Assembly: GCF_026210795.1 (NCBI RefSeq)
Contig: NC_089435.1
Location: 4,092,001-4,156,000 of the forward strand
DNA: 64,000 nt
Reading direction: 5' to 3'
Origin: Rhizophagus irregularis
Lineage: Eukaryota
The notes beneath the pieces are model-generated. The model worked only from the letters and a program-made list of their open reading frames with translations. It was not told the DNA's origin and did not search any database. Both the position numbers and the translations under genes were made by a program. The first letter of the stretch is position 1. Every line of letters starts with the position of its first letter. Below, in pieces: positions 22,100 through 35,428 of this stretch.

Positions 22100-25000
22100 A
22101 TGTTATATAAATGCCCTTTTTGTCCAAGGTACTTCAGCACAAGGTCTGCATACACTCAACATAAGAATTTTTGTACTCCGCCTAATAACGATAGTAGCGA
22201 TAGTGAAGAATTAGAAGAATTTGAACATAAAACTAATAATTATGATATCGAGGTAAAGAAAATAGGAAATTATAAAATTTTTTGAATTTCTTTTTTAACA
22301 TAATTAATTTTATAGATGGTCCGTGAAGATTCATGCGAAGATCTTTCTGATAATAAAAGTACAGACTCGGAAATAAATAATCAGAGTTTTCAAAGTATGA
22401 TGTCAATTTCAGAGGTTGGTGAAATTGATCAAAATATAGAAGAAATAGACCACGATGAAAATGAAAATGTCTTTGAAAATATCTTGGAAGATTCTGATTC
22501 AGAATTGAATGAAGAAGAATCCAAACCAGAAATTAATGTTAATTACCCAAGTGAAGCATATGGTGATTTAATGGCATTAGTTACGAAACATAAACTTAAC
22601 AATGCGACAGGAAATGCTATAATTAAATTCTTTAATAAACATGCAAATTTAGATAAATCACCTCTTCCAAGATCTATCGAACAAGGCCGCAAATATATGG
22701 ATAATATGAAACTACCAAATTTAAATTATACTAAAACTAGTATAATGAATTATAATAATAATGAGTATTTTCTTTATCATCAGTCTTTAATAAACTGTAT
22801 AAAAAATATTTTGTCAATTTCGGACATATCACAAAATTTTGCGTTAACTTTTGAGAAAGTTGAGGTAATTATTTTATACTTTTGTATGAAATATACAACT
22901 TAATATTATAGGATATTTACTAATCTTCATATAAACTTAAAGCATAACGGTGAAAGGGAGTTTAGCGAACAAAATACTGGGATATGGTGGGAAAATGCGG
23001 AAAAATCCCTGCCACCTGGTGCCAGGCTTTTATCTTTAATATTATATTCTGACGCTACAAATGTTGACACACTAGGAAAAAGTCAACTCCATTCCATTTA
23101 CTTGTCTATTGGTAATATTAAAAATTGGAGGCGTAATAAGAAAGATGCAAAGCAATTATTAGCGTATCTGCCGATCTTAAAATCTAATAATATTACTGAA
23201 AGGAAGTCTGAAACATTTAAGATTGCTATTCGCGAATGCTTCCATAAATCTTTGGAATTGTTACTAGACCCTTTATTAAAATTAAATAAAAATGGCATTG
23301 ATCTATTTTTAAATAACGAAATGATTTGGTTTTATCCTAGAGTTTCAGCTATAATATCTGACTGGCCAGAAGCTGCAACGTACTGTCTTACATACAAATC
23401 ACCAATGTCGAAACATCCTTGTCATTTTTGTTTAGTCACAAGAGACAATCTTGCTGATCTTAATTTACAAATTGATGATATAACACCACGAACTCATGTT
23501 AATATGCAGCAGTATTTTAATCAAAACTCGGGAAATTCCGTTTGCATTGAAAATATATCTAATTTTTTTTGGAATCTGCCGTAAGTTTACATAATATTTG
23601 TTAGGCATCCAGCCATTTCGCCAAATCACGTAAGCATTACAAGCATTACACTAACATGAGTTTATTTTTATTAATTTATATTAAGTAATATAAATATCTA
23701 TCAAGCCATAGTGCCTGATAGAATGCATCATCTCGATTTAGGCCTCTTTCATTATCAAATCGATTATACGAAAAAACTTTTAGGGGCGCAATGTGGCAAA
23801 ACTTTAGTTGATGAAGTAGATCATCGATTAGCCACAATACCAAGATTTCCCGATTTGAAGATCTTTACAAATGGCATACAATCAATAGCCAGATTAACAG
23901 CTAATGAGTATCGCAATCTGATGAAAGTAATGGTTTTTGTAGTGGACAATTTGTTTGTAAATAATGAGGATGATGAAAATTTTGTAAAGAATGAAGATCT
24001 GGCAAAACTTTACGAAGCTTGGAATGAAATGTATGCAATTAGTCGATATGAAAATTTCAAAGAAAGTGATTTGGCCAAATTTAGGGTATGTACTACATAA
24101 TTATTATAAAACAACGCTGTCCACTAATACTTAAAATTATAATTTCAGGAATCTATAAACAATTGGTCTCAAATGTTCATAAAAATTCTCCAATGTATGT
24201 CCCCTCGGAGTTAAAATTACCAAAACTGCATTCGTGGGCATATCATATAATTGATTCGATTCGATCATTTGGTGCAGTTAATGGATACACTACGGAGACT
24301 TACGAAAGCCTTCACAAAGAATACGTTAAGAATCCCTACCGATTAAGTAATAAAAAAAATATTGAAGTTCAAATAATGAAAATAGCAAGTATTATTTATA
24401 TAAAATACACAATACTATGTTAAATTTCTAAAAAAAATTAATTTTTATAGATTCGGCGACAATCAATAACAAATATAACCCATCGATTACCAAATTCAGC
24501 TACTATCCCTCGTATATTTAAATTTACAGCAATACTTTTCGAATTTCTATTAAAAGATGCCCATGATTTTTTTGTAGAACAGGCTAATATAGACCACAAA
24601 ATGAGATTTGGATTTGACAATTTTTTGGAATGTTTAAATCTGTATATGGATCACAAAAGTATTGCAAATGAAAGCCAAGTGACAATATACAGATCAGTTA
24701 TAATAGAAAATGGTGCAATAATGCGTGCTACTAACAGTTATTATGGCAGACCTTGGTATAGTAATGTGTCTGTTCGTATGAATTCTGATGAATTATTTGA
24801 TTACGCTTCTGATCAAGGCATTTGTTACGGGCAGGTAATTTTTTAATTGATTTGATACTACATATTTATATAATATTGCTAATTTAAAAATGATTTTTTA
24901 AATTAAGGTTTTATTAATAGCGAAAATAGAACTTAAGAATCAAAATATTCCATTAAATCTCGCATTAATTCAGTGGTATGACTTCAAATTTCAAAATCAA

Positions 25001-25141
25001 CCACATCTTTATGGGTGTCCCTTACTAGAAATTACGGAAATCTATAACTTTATTGATATAGAAGCAATACAAGATATCGTACATATAGTACCCCGGTTTA
25101 ATAAAACAAATGAATATTTTGTAAATAAATACATATTTTAA
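22100..25141 (+). CDS. Plavaka-family DDE transposase, multi-exon (possibly frameshifted near 24190)
   Basis: N-terminal C2H2-like finger; motifs NTGIWW, LILYSDAT, YLSIGNI, DWPEA, PDRMHHLDLGLF, PKLH, TETYESLHK; GT-AG introns. Confidence 0.85.
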
Positions 25142-26575
25142 TAAAGTTTATTATACTTAACGACAGCGATACTAATATCTTGTATAACGTTACTGATCTA
25201 AAATATGACTATTACTTTTCCTTTTTGATAAGGTAAGTTTTATGGATTTCCGTAAAGTTACGGTTGAATGCGTAAATTGTTCCATTTTTATTGGTTAGAC
25301 TGTTCATGTCTGATCGGTTACACCAACTAATAAATTCGTGATCAAAAAATGCTGATCAAACAACCCTGACTAATATATAATGAGTTGGAATTTTATTTCA
25401 CTCAGGAGTGGTATCATTAGATTTTTTATAATGTGTATGCATGCTTATGTTTTCGAAATTATATAAATTTTTTATCGTACAAAGAAAAACTTTAATGTTT
25501 ATTGTTTCCATGTAAGATACGACTGACATAATTATTACTACTAAGTATGCGAAGGTTTCTGCAGTTTCTGCGAATTCTACTTTAATGACTTGTACGAAAA
25601 ATTGCTTGGTTTAGTATAATGAGTAAGTATCGAAATCATGCGAATTTCTATCCATAATAATAAAACTCATGTTCACGTGTTTATGTTTTATTTCCATATA
25701 TGATATAACAATGATATAATTATTAAATATTCAAAGGTTCAAGGTTCCTGCGGATTCTACTTTAATGACTTGTCGAAAAATTGCTTGGTTTAGTATAATG
25801 AGTAAGTATCGAAATCATGCGGTTCTATCCATAATAATAACAAGGAAAAAACTCATGTTCCATATAAAGTGATATAATTATCGAATATTCGAAGGTTTCT
25901 GCGGTTACTGCTTTAATGACTGGTACGCCTGGTTTTAGAATAATGAGTAAGTAATCGAAATTATCCTTATGTTCACGTGCGTGTTTTTATTTCCTCAACT
26001 GACATAATTATTACTAAGAAAGTTTCTGCGGTTCTACTTTAATGACTGGTACGAAAAAATTACCTGGTTTAGAATAATGAGTAAGTAATCGAAATTATGT
26101 GAATTTATCCTTATGTTCACGTGCATTTGGTTTTATTTCCTCAACTGACATAATTATTACTAAGAAAGTTTCTTTGCCTGGTTTAGAATAATGAGTAATT
26201 ATGCCTATGTTCACGTGCATGTGTTTTTATTTCCTCGACTGACATAATTATTACTAAGAAAGTTTCTTTTCCTGGTTTAGAATAATGAGTAATTATGCGA
26301 ATTTATCCTTATGTTCATGTGTATATGCTTTTATTTCCTCAACTGACATAATTATTACTAAGAGAGTTTCTGCGGTTCTGCTTAATGACTGGTACGAAAA
26401 TTTGCATGATGTAATTATTGAATATTCGAAAGTTTCTGTTAATGACTGGTACGAAAAATTGCTTGATTTGGGTTTAAAGAGTTTTTTTTTTCATAAATAA
26501 TGGTCAATTTTTTTCCTTCAGAAATATTTTTTTTTCTTAAATTGTAAGAAATCCCACTTTTTCAAAAGTATCATT

Positions 26576-27851
26576 ATGGAATCAGGAAATAAATTGAGAG
26601 AGTCCTCTCGTAAGAAAATTGAGGAATTGCTAATCGAAGGGAATCATAAGCGCAGTGATAGAAGCCAAAGCTGAAGCAGAAACAACAGCAGTAAAACCAA
26701 CATCAACACCAACGAAACCATTAATGACGAAGTTAGCGTTCTTCAAACTAAGAGATGGCTTCCTGCAAATTCAAAAATTGAAGGTATTCGCAAATATTTA
26801 AGAAATTAATAAAATTATCTTGTAATTAATATTTATTGTAATTATGGTAGATCGATTAACAAAGATTGAAAATAAAATCGATACTTTAAGTAAAGAAATA
26901 CACAAGTTTAAATCCGAGTTAAAAACTTTACTTTCTGATAAAATAAATTTGTCATCAAGCGTTAAAGAATCATTCATAGCGGTAGGAATATCTTTGAAAT
27001 ATTTAGTTTTATTATTTATTTACATTCTAATTATTTTGAATTTCGACTAATTTTAGGATGTTGTGAAAAATGTTTCGAAATTATTAATATAAGTATCAAT
27101 TTACCCAACAAAAGATGAATGTTATGGAGTGGTTGAAGGATATTTAATACTGAACCATGCGAGTTTTTTCTCTAATTTTACTGAAGACGATTGGATCGCG
27201 TATTATAACGAGAATATACATAAACAAGTAAGTCCTTATTCGATAACAAAATGTTTAATAAAATAAAATAAAATATTAAGTATTAACTTTCTTCGTAAAG
27301 TTAACAAAACAAGTACGGTCCATAAGAAGAACATTGTCCTCGAAATCAATGGAGGCTATTTTTTCTATATTCGGATCCCGTTTACCACCTATAAACACAA
27401 ATGCCGAGCCGTCTGAAGTAGCAAAATGGAAGAGAAAATCCGAAGTTAAAGATTGTTTTGAAGGCCTGTTCAAAAAAATGAATCCCAAAGACAAAAATTC
27501 TTCGATTGTTTTAGCAAGCGTTATTGACAGAGTCCTCCAAGGTGGCAATTCTAATGCAGAACTTGCATATGTTCTTGCGACCTGCTCAACAATTTTGAAC
27601 CCACATCATGACGAAATAATGTTGAAAAAGAATATCATGAAACAAAAAGTTAAAAAATTTTTAGTAAGTTTGTAATTTTGTAGTAGTATTTAATAAAATA
27701 TCATTTCATGGCTAATCAATCATATTATTCTTTAAAGGAAAAAATCAATAATCAAACGGCCATAAAATATTCCGATTTTGAAGATAATAACTATGAGGAA
27801 GAAGAAGGTGGAAATGAAACTGAAGATGATGAAGAAGATGATGTATAATAA
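26576..27851 (+). pseudogene. Accessory gene copy 1 (multi-exon, premature stops)
   Basis: MESGNKLRES start with TGA at ~26672 where copy 2 has CGA; exon ORFs at 26844 and 27334; acidic C-terminus. Confidence 0.65.
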
Positions 27852-29415
27852 GGTGAATTTTATATGCATAAGATAATTATATATATGTTTATTTGTTTTA
27901 ATAAATTTATTATTTTTTTTTATTGGTTTGGTAGGACTGGTGAATATATTAATAATATAACAAATATTACGAATTAGTAATTGATATGTACAATTTCAAA
28001 AAAAAAAATGCCCCCACTCTTCTAAATTTTATAAATTACATTTATTTGATAATCATTTAAAAGAGCATCTCCTTCAAAAAACAAATCAATAAATTTTACG
28101 TTTTTGCGATTAATTTGTATATAAAATTTTATTAATTTGAGTTTTCTCATTTGGCTGATAACTGTTAAACAAATAAAAGAATTTTTATACATGAAACACA
28201 AAAAATTATTTTGAATTTGATCGTAATTTTGTTAAAATTCATAGTTACAATTGATTCGTAAATTGTTCTATTTTTTATTGGTTAGACTGAAGTTCATTGT
28301 CTGATCGGTCACACCAACTAATATCAAAAATGCTGATCAAACAACCCTGACTAATATATAATGAGTTTGAATTTTATTTCACTCAGGAGTGGTATCATTA
28401 GATTTTTTATTCTGTGTATGCATGCTTATGTTCGAAATTATACAAATTTTTTATCGTGCAAAGAAAAACTTTAATGTTTATTTGTTTCCATGTAAGATAC
28501 GACTGACATAATTATTACTACTAAGTATGCGAAGGTTTCTGCAGTTCCTGCGAATTCTACTTTAATGACTTGTACGAAAAATTGCTTGGTTTAGTATAAT
28601 GAGTAAGTATCGAAATCATGCGAATTTCTATCCATAATAATAAAACTCATGTTCACGTGTTTATGTTTTATTTCCATATATGATATAACAATGATATAAT
28701 TATTAAATATTCGAAGGTTCAAGGTTCCTGCGGATTCTACTTTAATGACTTGTACGAAAAATTGCTTGGTTTAGTATAATGAGTAAGTATCGAAATCATG
28801 CGGTTCTATCCATAATAATAACAAGGAAAAAACTCATGTTCACGCGTAATTATTTATTTTTATATAAAGTGATATAATTATTGAATATTCGAAGGTTTCT
28901 GCGGTTACTGCTTTAATGACTGGTACGCCTGGTTTAGAATAATGAGTAAGTAATCGGAATTATCCTTATGTTCACGTGCGTGTTTTTATTTCCTCAACTG
29001 ACATAATTATTACTAAGAAAGTTTTTTTGCTTGGTTTAGAATAATGAGTAATTATGCGAATTGTACGAAAAAATTTCCTGGTTTAGAATAATGAGTAATT
29101 ATGCGAATTGTACGAAAAAATTTCCTGGTTTAGAATAATGAGTAATTATGCGATTTATCCTTATGTTCACGCGCATTTGTTTTTATTTCCTCGACTGACA
29201 TAATTATTACTAAGAAAGTTTCTGCGGTTCTGCTTAATGACTGGTACGAAAATTTGCATGATGTAATTATTGAGTATTCGAAAGTTTCTGTTAATGACTA
29301 GTACGAAAAATTGTTAAAGAGTTTTTTTTTTTCATAAATAATGGTCAATTTTTTTTCTTCAGAAATATTTTTTTTTCTTAAATTGTAAGAAATCCCATTT
29401 TTCAAAAGTATCATT

Positions 29416-30590
29416 ATGGAATCAGGAAATAAATTGAGAGAATCCTCTCATAAGAAAATTGAGGAATTGCTAATCGAAGGGAATCACAAGCGCAGTGATA
29501 GAAGCCGAAGCCGAAGCAGAAACAACAACAGTAAAACCAACATCAACACCAGCAAAACCATCAATGATGAAGTTAACGTTCTTCAGACTAAGAGATGGCT
29601 TCCTGTAAATTCAAAAATTGAAGGTATTCGCAAATATTTAAGAAATTAATAAAATTATCTTGTAATTAATATTTATTGTAATTATGGTAGATCGATTAAC
29701 AAAGATTGAAAATAAAATCGATACTTTAAGTAAAGAAATACACGAGTTTAAATCCGAATTAAAAAATTTACTTTCTGATAAAATAAATTTGTCATCAAGC
29801 GTTAAAGAATCATTCATAGTGGTAGGAATATCTTTGAAATATTTAATTTTATTATTTATTTACGTTCTAATTATTTTGATTGAAGGATATTTAGTACTGA
29901 ACCATGCGAGTTTTTTCTCTAATTTTACTGAAGATGATTGGATCACGTATTACAACGAGAATATACATAAACAAGTAAGTCCTTATTCGATAACAAAATG
30001 TTTAATAAAATAAAATAAAATATTAAGTATTAACTTTCTTTGTAAAGTTAACAAAACAAGTACGGTCTGTAAGAGGAACATTGTCCTCGAAATCAAGGGA
30101 GGCTATTTTTTCTATATTCGGATCCTGTTTACCACCTATAAACACAAATGCCGGGCCGTCTGAAGTAGCAAAGTGGGAGAGAAAACCCGAAGTTAAAGAT
30201 TGTTTTGAAGGCCTGTTCAAAAAAATGAATCCCAAGGACAAAAATTCTTCGATTGTTTTAGCAAGCGTTATTGACAGAGCCCTCCCAAAATGACCATTCT
30301 AATGCAGAACTTGCATATGTTCTTGCGACCTGCTCAACAATTTTAAACCCAAATCATGACGAAATAAGGTGTAAAAAGAATATCATGAAACAAAAAGTTA
30401 AAAAATTTTTAGTAAGTTTGTAATTTTGTAGTAGCATTTAATAAAATATCATTTCATGGCTAATCATATTATTCTTTAAAGAAAAAAATTAACAGTCAAA
30501 CGGGCATAAGATATTCCGATTTTGAAGATAATAGCTATGAGGAAGAAGAAAGCGGAAATGAAACTGAAGATGAAGATGATGATGTATAAT
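29416..30590 (+). pseudogene. Accessory gene copy 2 (internal deletion and frameshift)
   Basis: Near-identical to copy 1; lacks the 27040-27133 segment; premature TGA at 30291. Confidence 0.65.
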
Positions 30591-31369
30591 AAGGTGAATT
30601 TTATTGTATGCATAAGATATTTTTTTTTTATTGGTGTGGCAGGACTGGTGAATTTTATGTTTTTGCGATTAATTTGTATATAAAATTTATTAATTTGAGT
30701 TTTTCTCATTTGGCTGATAACTGTTAAACAAATAAAAGAATTTTTATCCATGAAACACAAAATTATTTTGAATTTGATCGCACAAAATTTATCAATTTTG
30801 TTAAAATTCATTTTTTTGTTCCTCTTTCGCAATATTTGGAAAGTTAAATTTATTTCTATCAAGTCTGATGCCGAGTGCCAACCATAAGAAATTATAAATT
30901 TGTGAAAAGTGTTACAAATTAACCTCTAGTTATTTGTTATATTATTTATATAGTATATATTATCAACACGTCATGCATATTTCTCTTAATTTTATATTTA
31001 TCATGCAAGAATTTTTTTTTAATAGTCGAGGTCAGAATTCTTTAGGACTCTACCAAAATCATATAATTTGACTCACAGATTACGAATTAATTTTATAAAT
31101 CTAGTAAATTTGATAAATTAACCTATTATGGCATATACATGGTTCATGCGATCATCTAAAAATAGCTAAACACGAATTAAATAAACAAACTTAATATTCT
31201 CTATACGCTCTATTTTGCAAGGACCGCTCATTGTACATTTGCGTAGCAGAAGACTAGCAGAAGTATCATGGAAAGTATTTATATATATTCATAGGCTTTA
31301 TGAATATTTATAATATTAATAAATTATACATGAAAAAGCTTTGCAACAGCTGCTGGAAAAATGAACGCG

Positions 31370-33030
31370 TACTTTCAATATAGTAGAAGTATGGAAGTTA
31401 TTTATATTTCATAATTTCATTAATATTCGTAGGTTTACGACTATTTCATAATATTAATAATTGTTCATGGAAAGTTTTGCGTACAATATAATGGTAAAGG
31501 TATGGAAAGTATTTATACTCCATAATTTAACTATTTTATACAATATTAATAATTATAACTGTTGGTCTAACTTTTGAACTTATAAAGTAAAAATAAAATT
31601 AACGCGTGCTCTCAATGTAGTAGTGTAGAAGGAATGGAAGGTATTTGTACTTTGTAATTTCGTTAATGTGTTTACGTCTTTTTTATAAAAAATATTAATA
31701 ATCACGCATAATGAACTGTTGGTTTAACTTTTTGAACTTGTAGAAATAAAGTTAACGCGTGCTTTCAATGTAGTAGTGTAGAAGGAATGGAAGGTATTTG
31801 TACTTTATAATTTCGTTAATGTTCGTATATTTACGTCTTTTTTATAAAATATTAATAATCACATAAAATGACAACTGTTGGCCCAATTATTGAACTTGAA
31901 TATTCGTTGATGCAGAAATGAATTTAACGCTCTCAACGTAGTAGTGTAGAAGGAATGGAAGGTATGTACTTCACGATTTCGTTAATGTTCGTATGTTTAC
32001 GTCTTTTTTTATAAAAAATATTAATAATCACGCATATTGAAACTGTTGGTTTAACTTTTTGAACTTGTAGAAATAAAGTTAACGCGTGCTCTCAACGTAA
32101 TAGTGTAGAAGAGATGGAAGGTATGATCACAACTGTTGGTCCAACTTTTTGAACTTGTAATTGTTTGTTTGACGTAGTAGTGTAGAAGGAATGGAAGGTA
32201 TGTACTTCACGATTTCGTTAATGTTCGTATGTTTACGTCTTTTTTATAAAAAATATTAATAATCACGCATATTGAAACTGTTAGTTTAACTTTTTGAACT
32301 TATAGAAATAAAGTTAACGCGTGCTCTTAACGTAATAGTGTAGAAGGGATAGAAGGTATGTATTCCTTAATTTCGTTAATGTTCGTATGTTTACGACTTT
32401 TTAATAATAATCACAACTGTTTGGTCCAACTTTTTGAACTTGCAATGTTTGTTTGATGTAGAGATGAATTTAACGCTCTCAACGTAGTAGTGTAGAAGGA
32501 ATGGAAGGTATGTACTTCACGATTTCGTTAATGTTCGTATGTTTACGTCTTTTTTATAAAAAATATTAATAATTACGCATATTGAAACTGTTGGTTTAAC
32601 CTTTTGAACTTGTAGAAATAAAGTTAACGCGTGCTCCCAACGTAATAGTGTAGAAGGGATGGAAGGTATGTATTCCTTAATTTCGTTAATGTTCGTATGT
32701 TTACAACTTTTTAATAATAATCACAACTGTTTGGTCTAACTTTTTGAACTTGTAATGTTTGTTTGATGTAGAGATGAATTTAACGCATGTTCTCAACGTA
32801 ATAGTGTAGAAGGAGTGGAAGGTATGTACCTCACAATTTCGTTAATGTTCGTAAGTTTACTTTTTTTTTTATAAAAAATATTAATAATCACGCATAATGA
32901 TAACTGTTGGTCTAACTTTTGATCTTGTAATATTCGTTGATGCAGAAATGAATTTAACGCATGCTATCAACATAGCAGTGTAAAAGGACTGAAGGTATGT
33001 ACTTCATAATTTCGTTAATGTTCGTACGAC
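31370..33030 (+). repeat. Tandem exon-intron-like repeat (~150-bp unit, ~10 copies)
   Basis: GAACTTGTAG|AAATAAAGTTAACGCGTGCTCTCAACGTAATAGTGTAGAAGGGATGGAAG|GTATGT repeated. Confidence 0.8.
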
Positions 33031-33454
33031 TTTATTACAATTATGTTTATAGGTTAAGTTTTAATAACAATTTGTCTTTACAACACATCCTTTTGATATT
33101 AACAAATAATGTTATCCAAATGACTTTTATTTTATAATATCAGATATAGCAAAATATTAATCACAGATGAAATAGAAGTGAAGTTGAAAAATAAAAAGTC
33201 AAAGAACGAAAGTCAAATAAATGAAGATGAGCGACAAATAAGATTAAAAAAAATTCTATTGACGAGATTGAACGCAATATTATGATAGTTTTAAATACAA
33301 ATTATTTATTGTAGCTATATTTCGAATAAAAATACAAAAATTACATAAATTTATAAAATATTACGTGTAAGTTACAGTGAAAAATGTTATTTTGTAATTA
33401 CATATATTAATCACTTGAATTTGTGAAAAAAGTTCGCGAAATAATAATATTTTG

Positions 33455-33960
33455 GAAAAGTTTCGAAATATTGTACCGTAAACCTACGAAATTCTGCGAT
33501 GTAAAATTACGAAATGTTATACTTTCGGAAAAGTTTCGAAATATTATACCGTAAACCTACGAAATTCTGCGATGTAAAATTACGAAATATTATACCTTCA
33601 GAAAAGTTTCGAAATATTATACCGTAAACCTACGAAATCCTACGACGTAAAATTATGAAATATTACATTTTCGAAAAGTTTCGAAATATTGCACCCGTAA
33701 ACCTACGAAAATCCTACGACGTAAAATTACGAAATATTACACTTTCGAAAAGTTTCGAAATATTGCACCCGTAAACCTACGAAAATCCCACGACGTAAAA
33801 TTACGAAATATTACACTTTCGAAAAGTTTCGAAATATTGCACCGTAAATCTAAGAAATTCTACGATGTAAAATTTACATACATGGCAATATTACACTGTA
33901 ATTCTACGAAATATTACGCGTAAACTTACGAAATATTGCGTTGAAATTACGAAATATTAC
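33455..33960. repeat. Right subterminal minisatellite (~72-bp unit) of the Plavaka element
   Basis: Unit GAAAAGTTTCGAAATATTGCACCGTAAACCTACGAAA...CGTAAAATTACGAAATATTAC occurs about 6 times. Confidence 0.9.
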
Positions 33961-34086
33961 TGTTGCGTAATTTTTCGAAGGTCATGTAAATTTACGGAGT
34001 ATTTCGCAGGCGTAAATTTTCGTAATATTACGCCGTATTCAATTTGCAGATGTTATAGGGTAGGCGAACAATTAATTTTATTTTCA

Positions 34087-34109
34087 GAAAAAATGTAATT
34101 GAATAAAAG
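34087..34109 (+). promoter_or_regulatory. Conserved upstream motif GAAAAAATGTAATTGAATAAAAG
   Basis: Identical 23-mer at 16208-16230 (+) and 56018-56040 (-), each ~22-40 nt upstream of an ATG. Confidence 0.6.
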
Positions 34110-34131
34110 AGGGATCTAAAAAGTATACAAG

Positions 34132-35428
34132 ATGTCAACACATCAAGCAAGAAGTGCCCAACACAGACAAGTCATCCGATCAGTTTTAGCTGAACTCAAG
34201 CAGGTACCTGTCAAATCCATCCTATATCCCCGCTCAAATGCAAAATTGCAGGAATATGAGGATGAGATCCGCCAAATCCGTGAAGCACAAGCGGCGGTAA
34301 CCAATGAAGAGATAACCCGCATGATGCAAATTGACCCAGACCCACATTATGAGGTAGTCTTTGAACGTCGTGATCAGGTACGTATAGGAAAAGAGTTAAC
34401 AGACTCAAACTTTACGGCTGATATTGCTATAGGAACACCTGGAGAGCATGACTATGCTTCATTTCTTACAGCACACAGTCAAACAATCCAGAATATTCTT
34501 CGGGATGAAAGAAATCGATTGGGATCAATAAAAGTAAGAATTGGAATATTTGCCACAATAAGACGTTTAGATTCTTACCTTGAGACATTATTTGGATATG
34601 GTAACTTTAGTGAAGATGATGGAGTAGAGTATATCTACAGATATAACATACCATTTAAAACTCGCAATATGCCAATCCTACCATCAACAGATATTAATGG
34701 TACATTTAACTTTGCATTAGCAAGAATCATGCAGAAAGTAGAAGACTATGTAAATTACGGATCAGGTTGGGAATTCTATCGTGTAGAAAAAATATTTATA
34801 GAAATCTCGCAATTCCAACCACCCACAGGAGCAGGACATATACCACTCCCAAAAGATCTTGCCACGAAAAAGGGAGTAGTAAATCCAGCTAATGATGATG
34901 ACAAATGCTTCCAGTGGGCAATCCTAGCAGCATTACATCCAGTAGAAAAGAACGCAGAAAGAATTTCCAAGTATAAGGAGTATGTAAATGAGTTAAACTT
35001 TAAAGGTATCAAATTTCCAGTACAAGCTGATGAGGTAATTCTAAGAAGATTTGAGCGACAGAACCCAACTATTGCCCTCTGCATCTGTGAATGGCGTGAC
35101 CACCGCCTATGCCCAATATATGTTACCGATAGGGATGATGCAGAGGGCCGTAAAATAATAGATTTAGTACTTATCAGTAACGGGGAAAAGCAGCACTATT
35201 GCTGGATTAAGAATATGAGCCGTTTAGTAAATAAACGTACAAAAGATGGACATGCAACATTTGTCTGCCGATGGTGTATCTCCCACTTCACACATCAACA
35301 AGAAATCCATGACAAACATGTAGCAATATGTCGAGGATTAAAGAAAACCCCACAAGCAGACCGAATGCCATCAGTAAAGAAAGGAAATGATATATATGAA
35401 TTCAAGAACTGGAAACGCCGCATGCAAG
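34132..35428 (+). pseudogene. Protein-primed family B DNA polymerase, N-terminal part (Polinton/adintovirus type)
   Basis: Motifs GSGW, HIPLPKDL.TKKGVVNPANDDDKCFQWAILAALHP, HYCWIKNMSRL, CRWC...H...C; interrupted after FKNWKRRMQ. Confidence 0.9.

Larger units (their letters stand above)
25270..30812 (+). repeat. ~3-kb tandem duplication inside the Plavaka element
   Basis: 25270-~28250 is repeated at ~28257-30812, including the upstream repeats and the accessory gene. Confidence 0.9.
16865..34061. mobile_element. Large Plavaka (CMC/EnSpm-related) transposon, ~17.2 kb
   Basis: Short imperfect termini ACCCGCCTTCATCT / AGATGTTATAGGGT; long subterminal repeat arrays at both ends; Plavaka transposase plus accessory genes; no clean TSD, so the ends are approximate. 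Confidence 0.7.
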
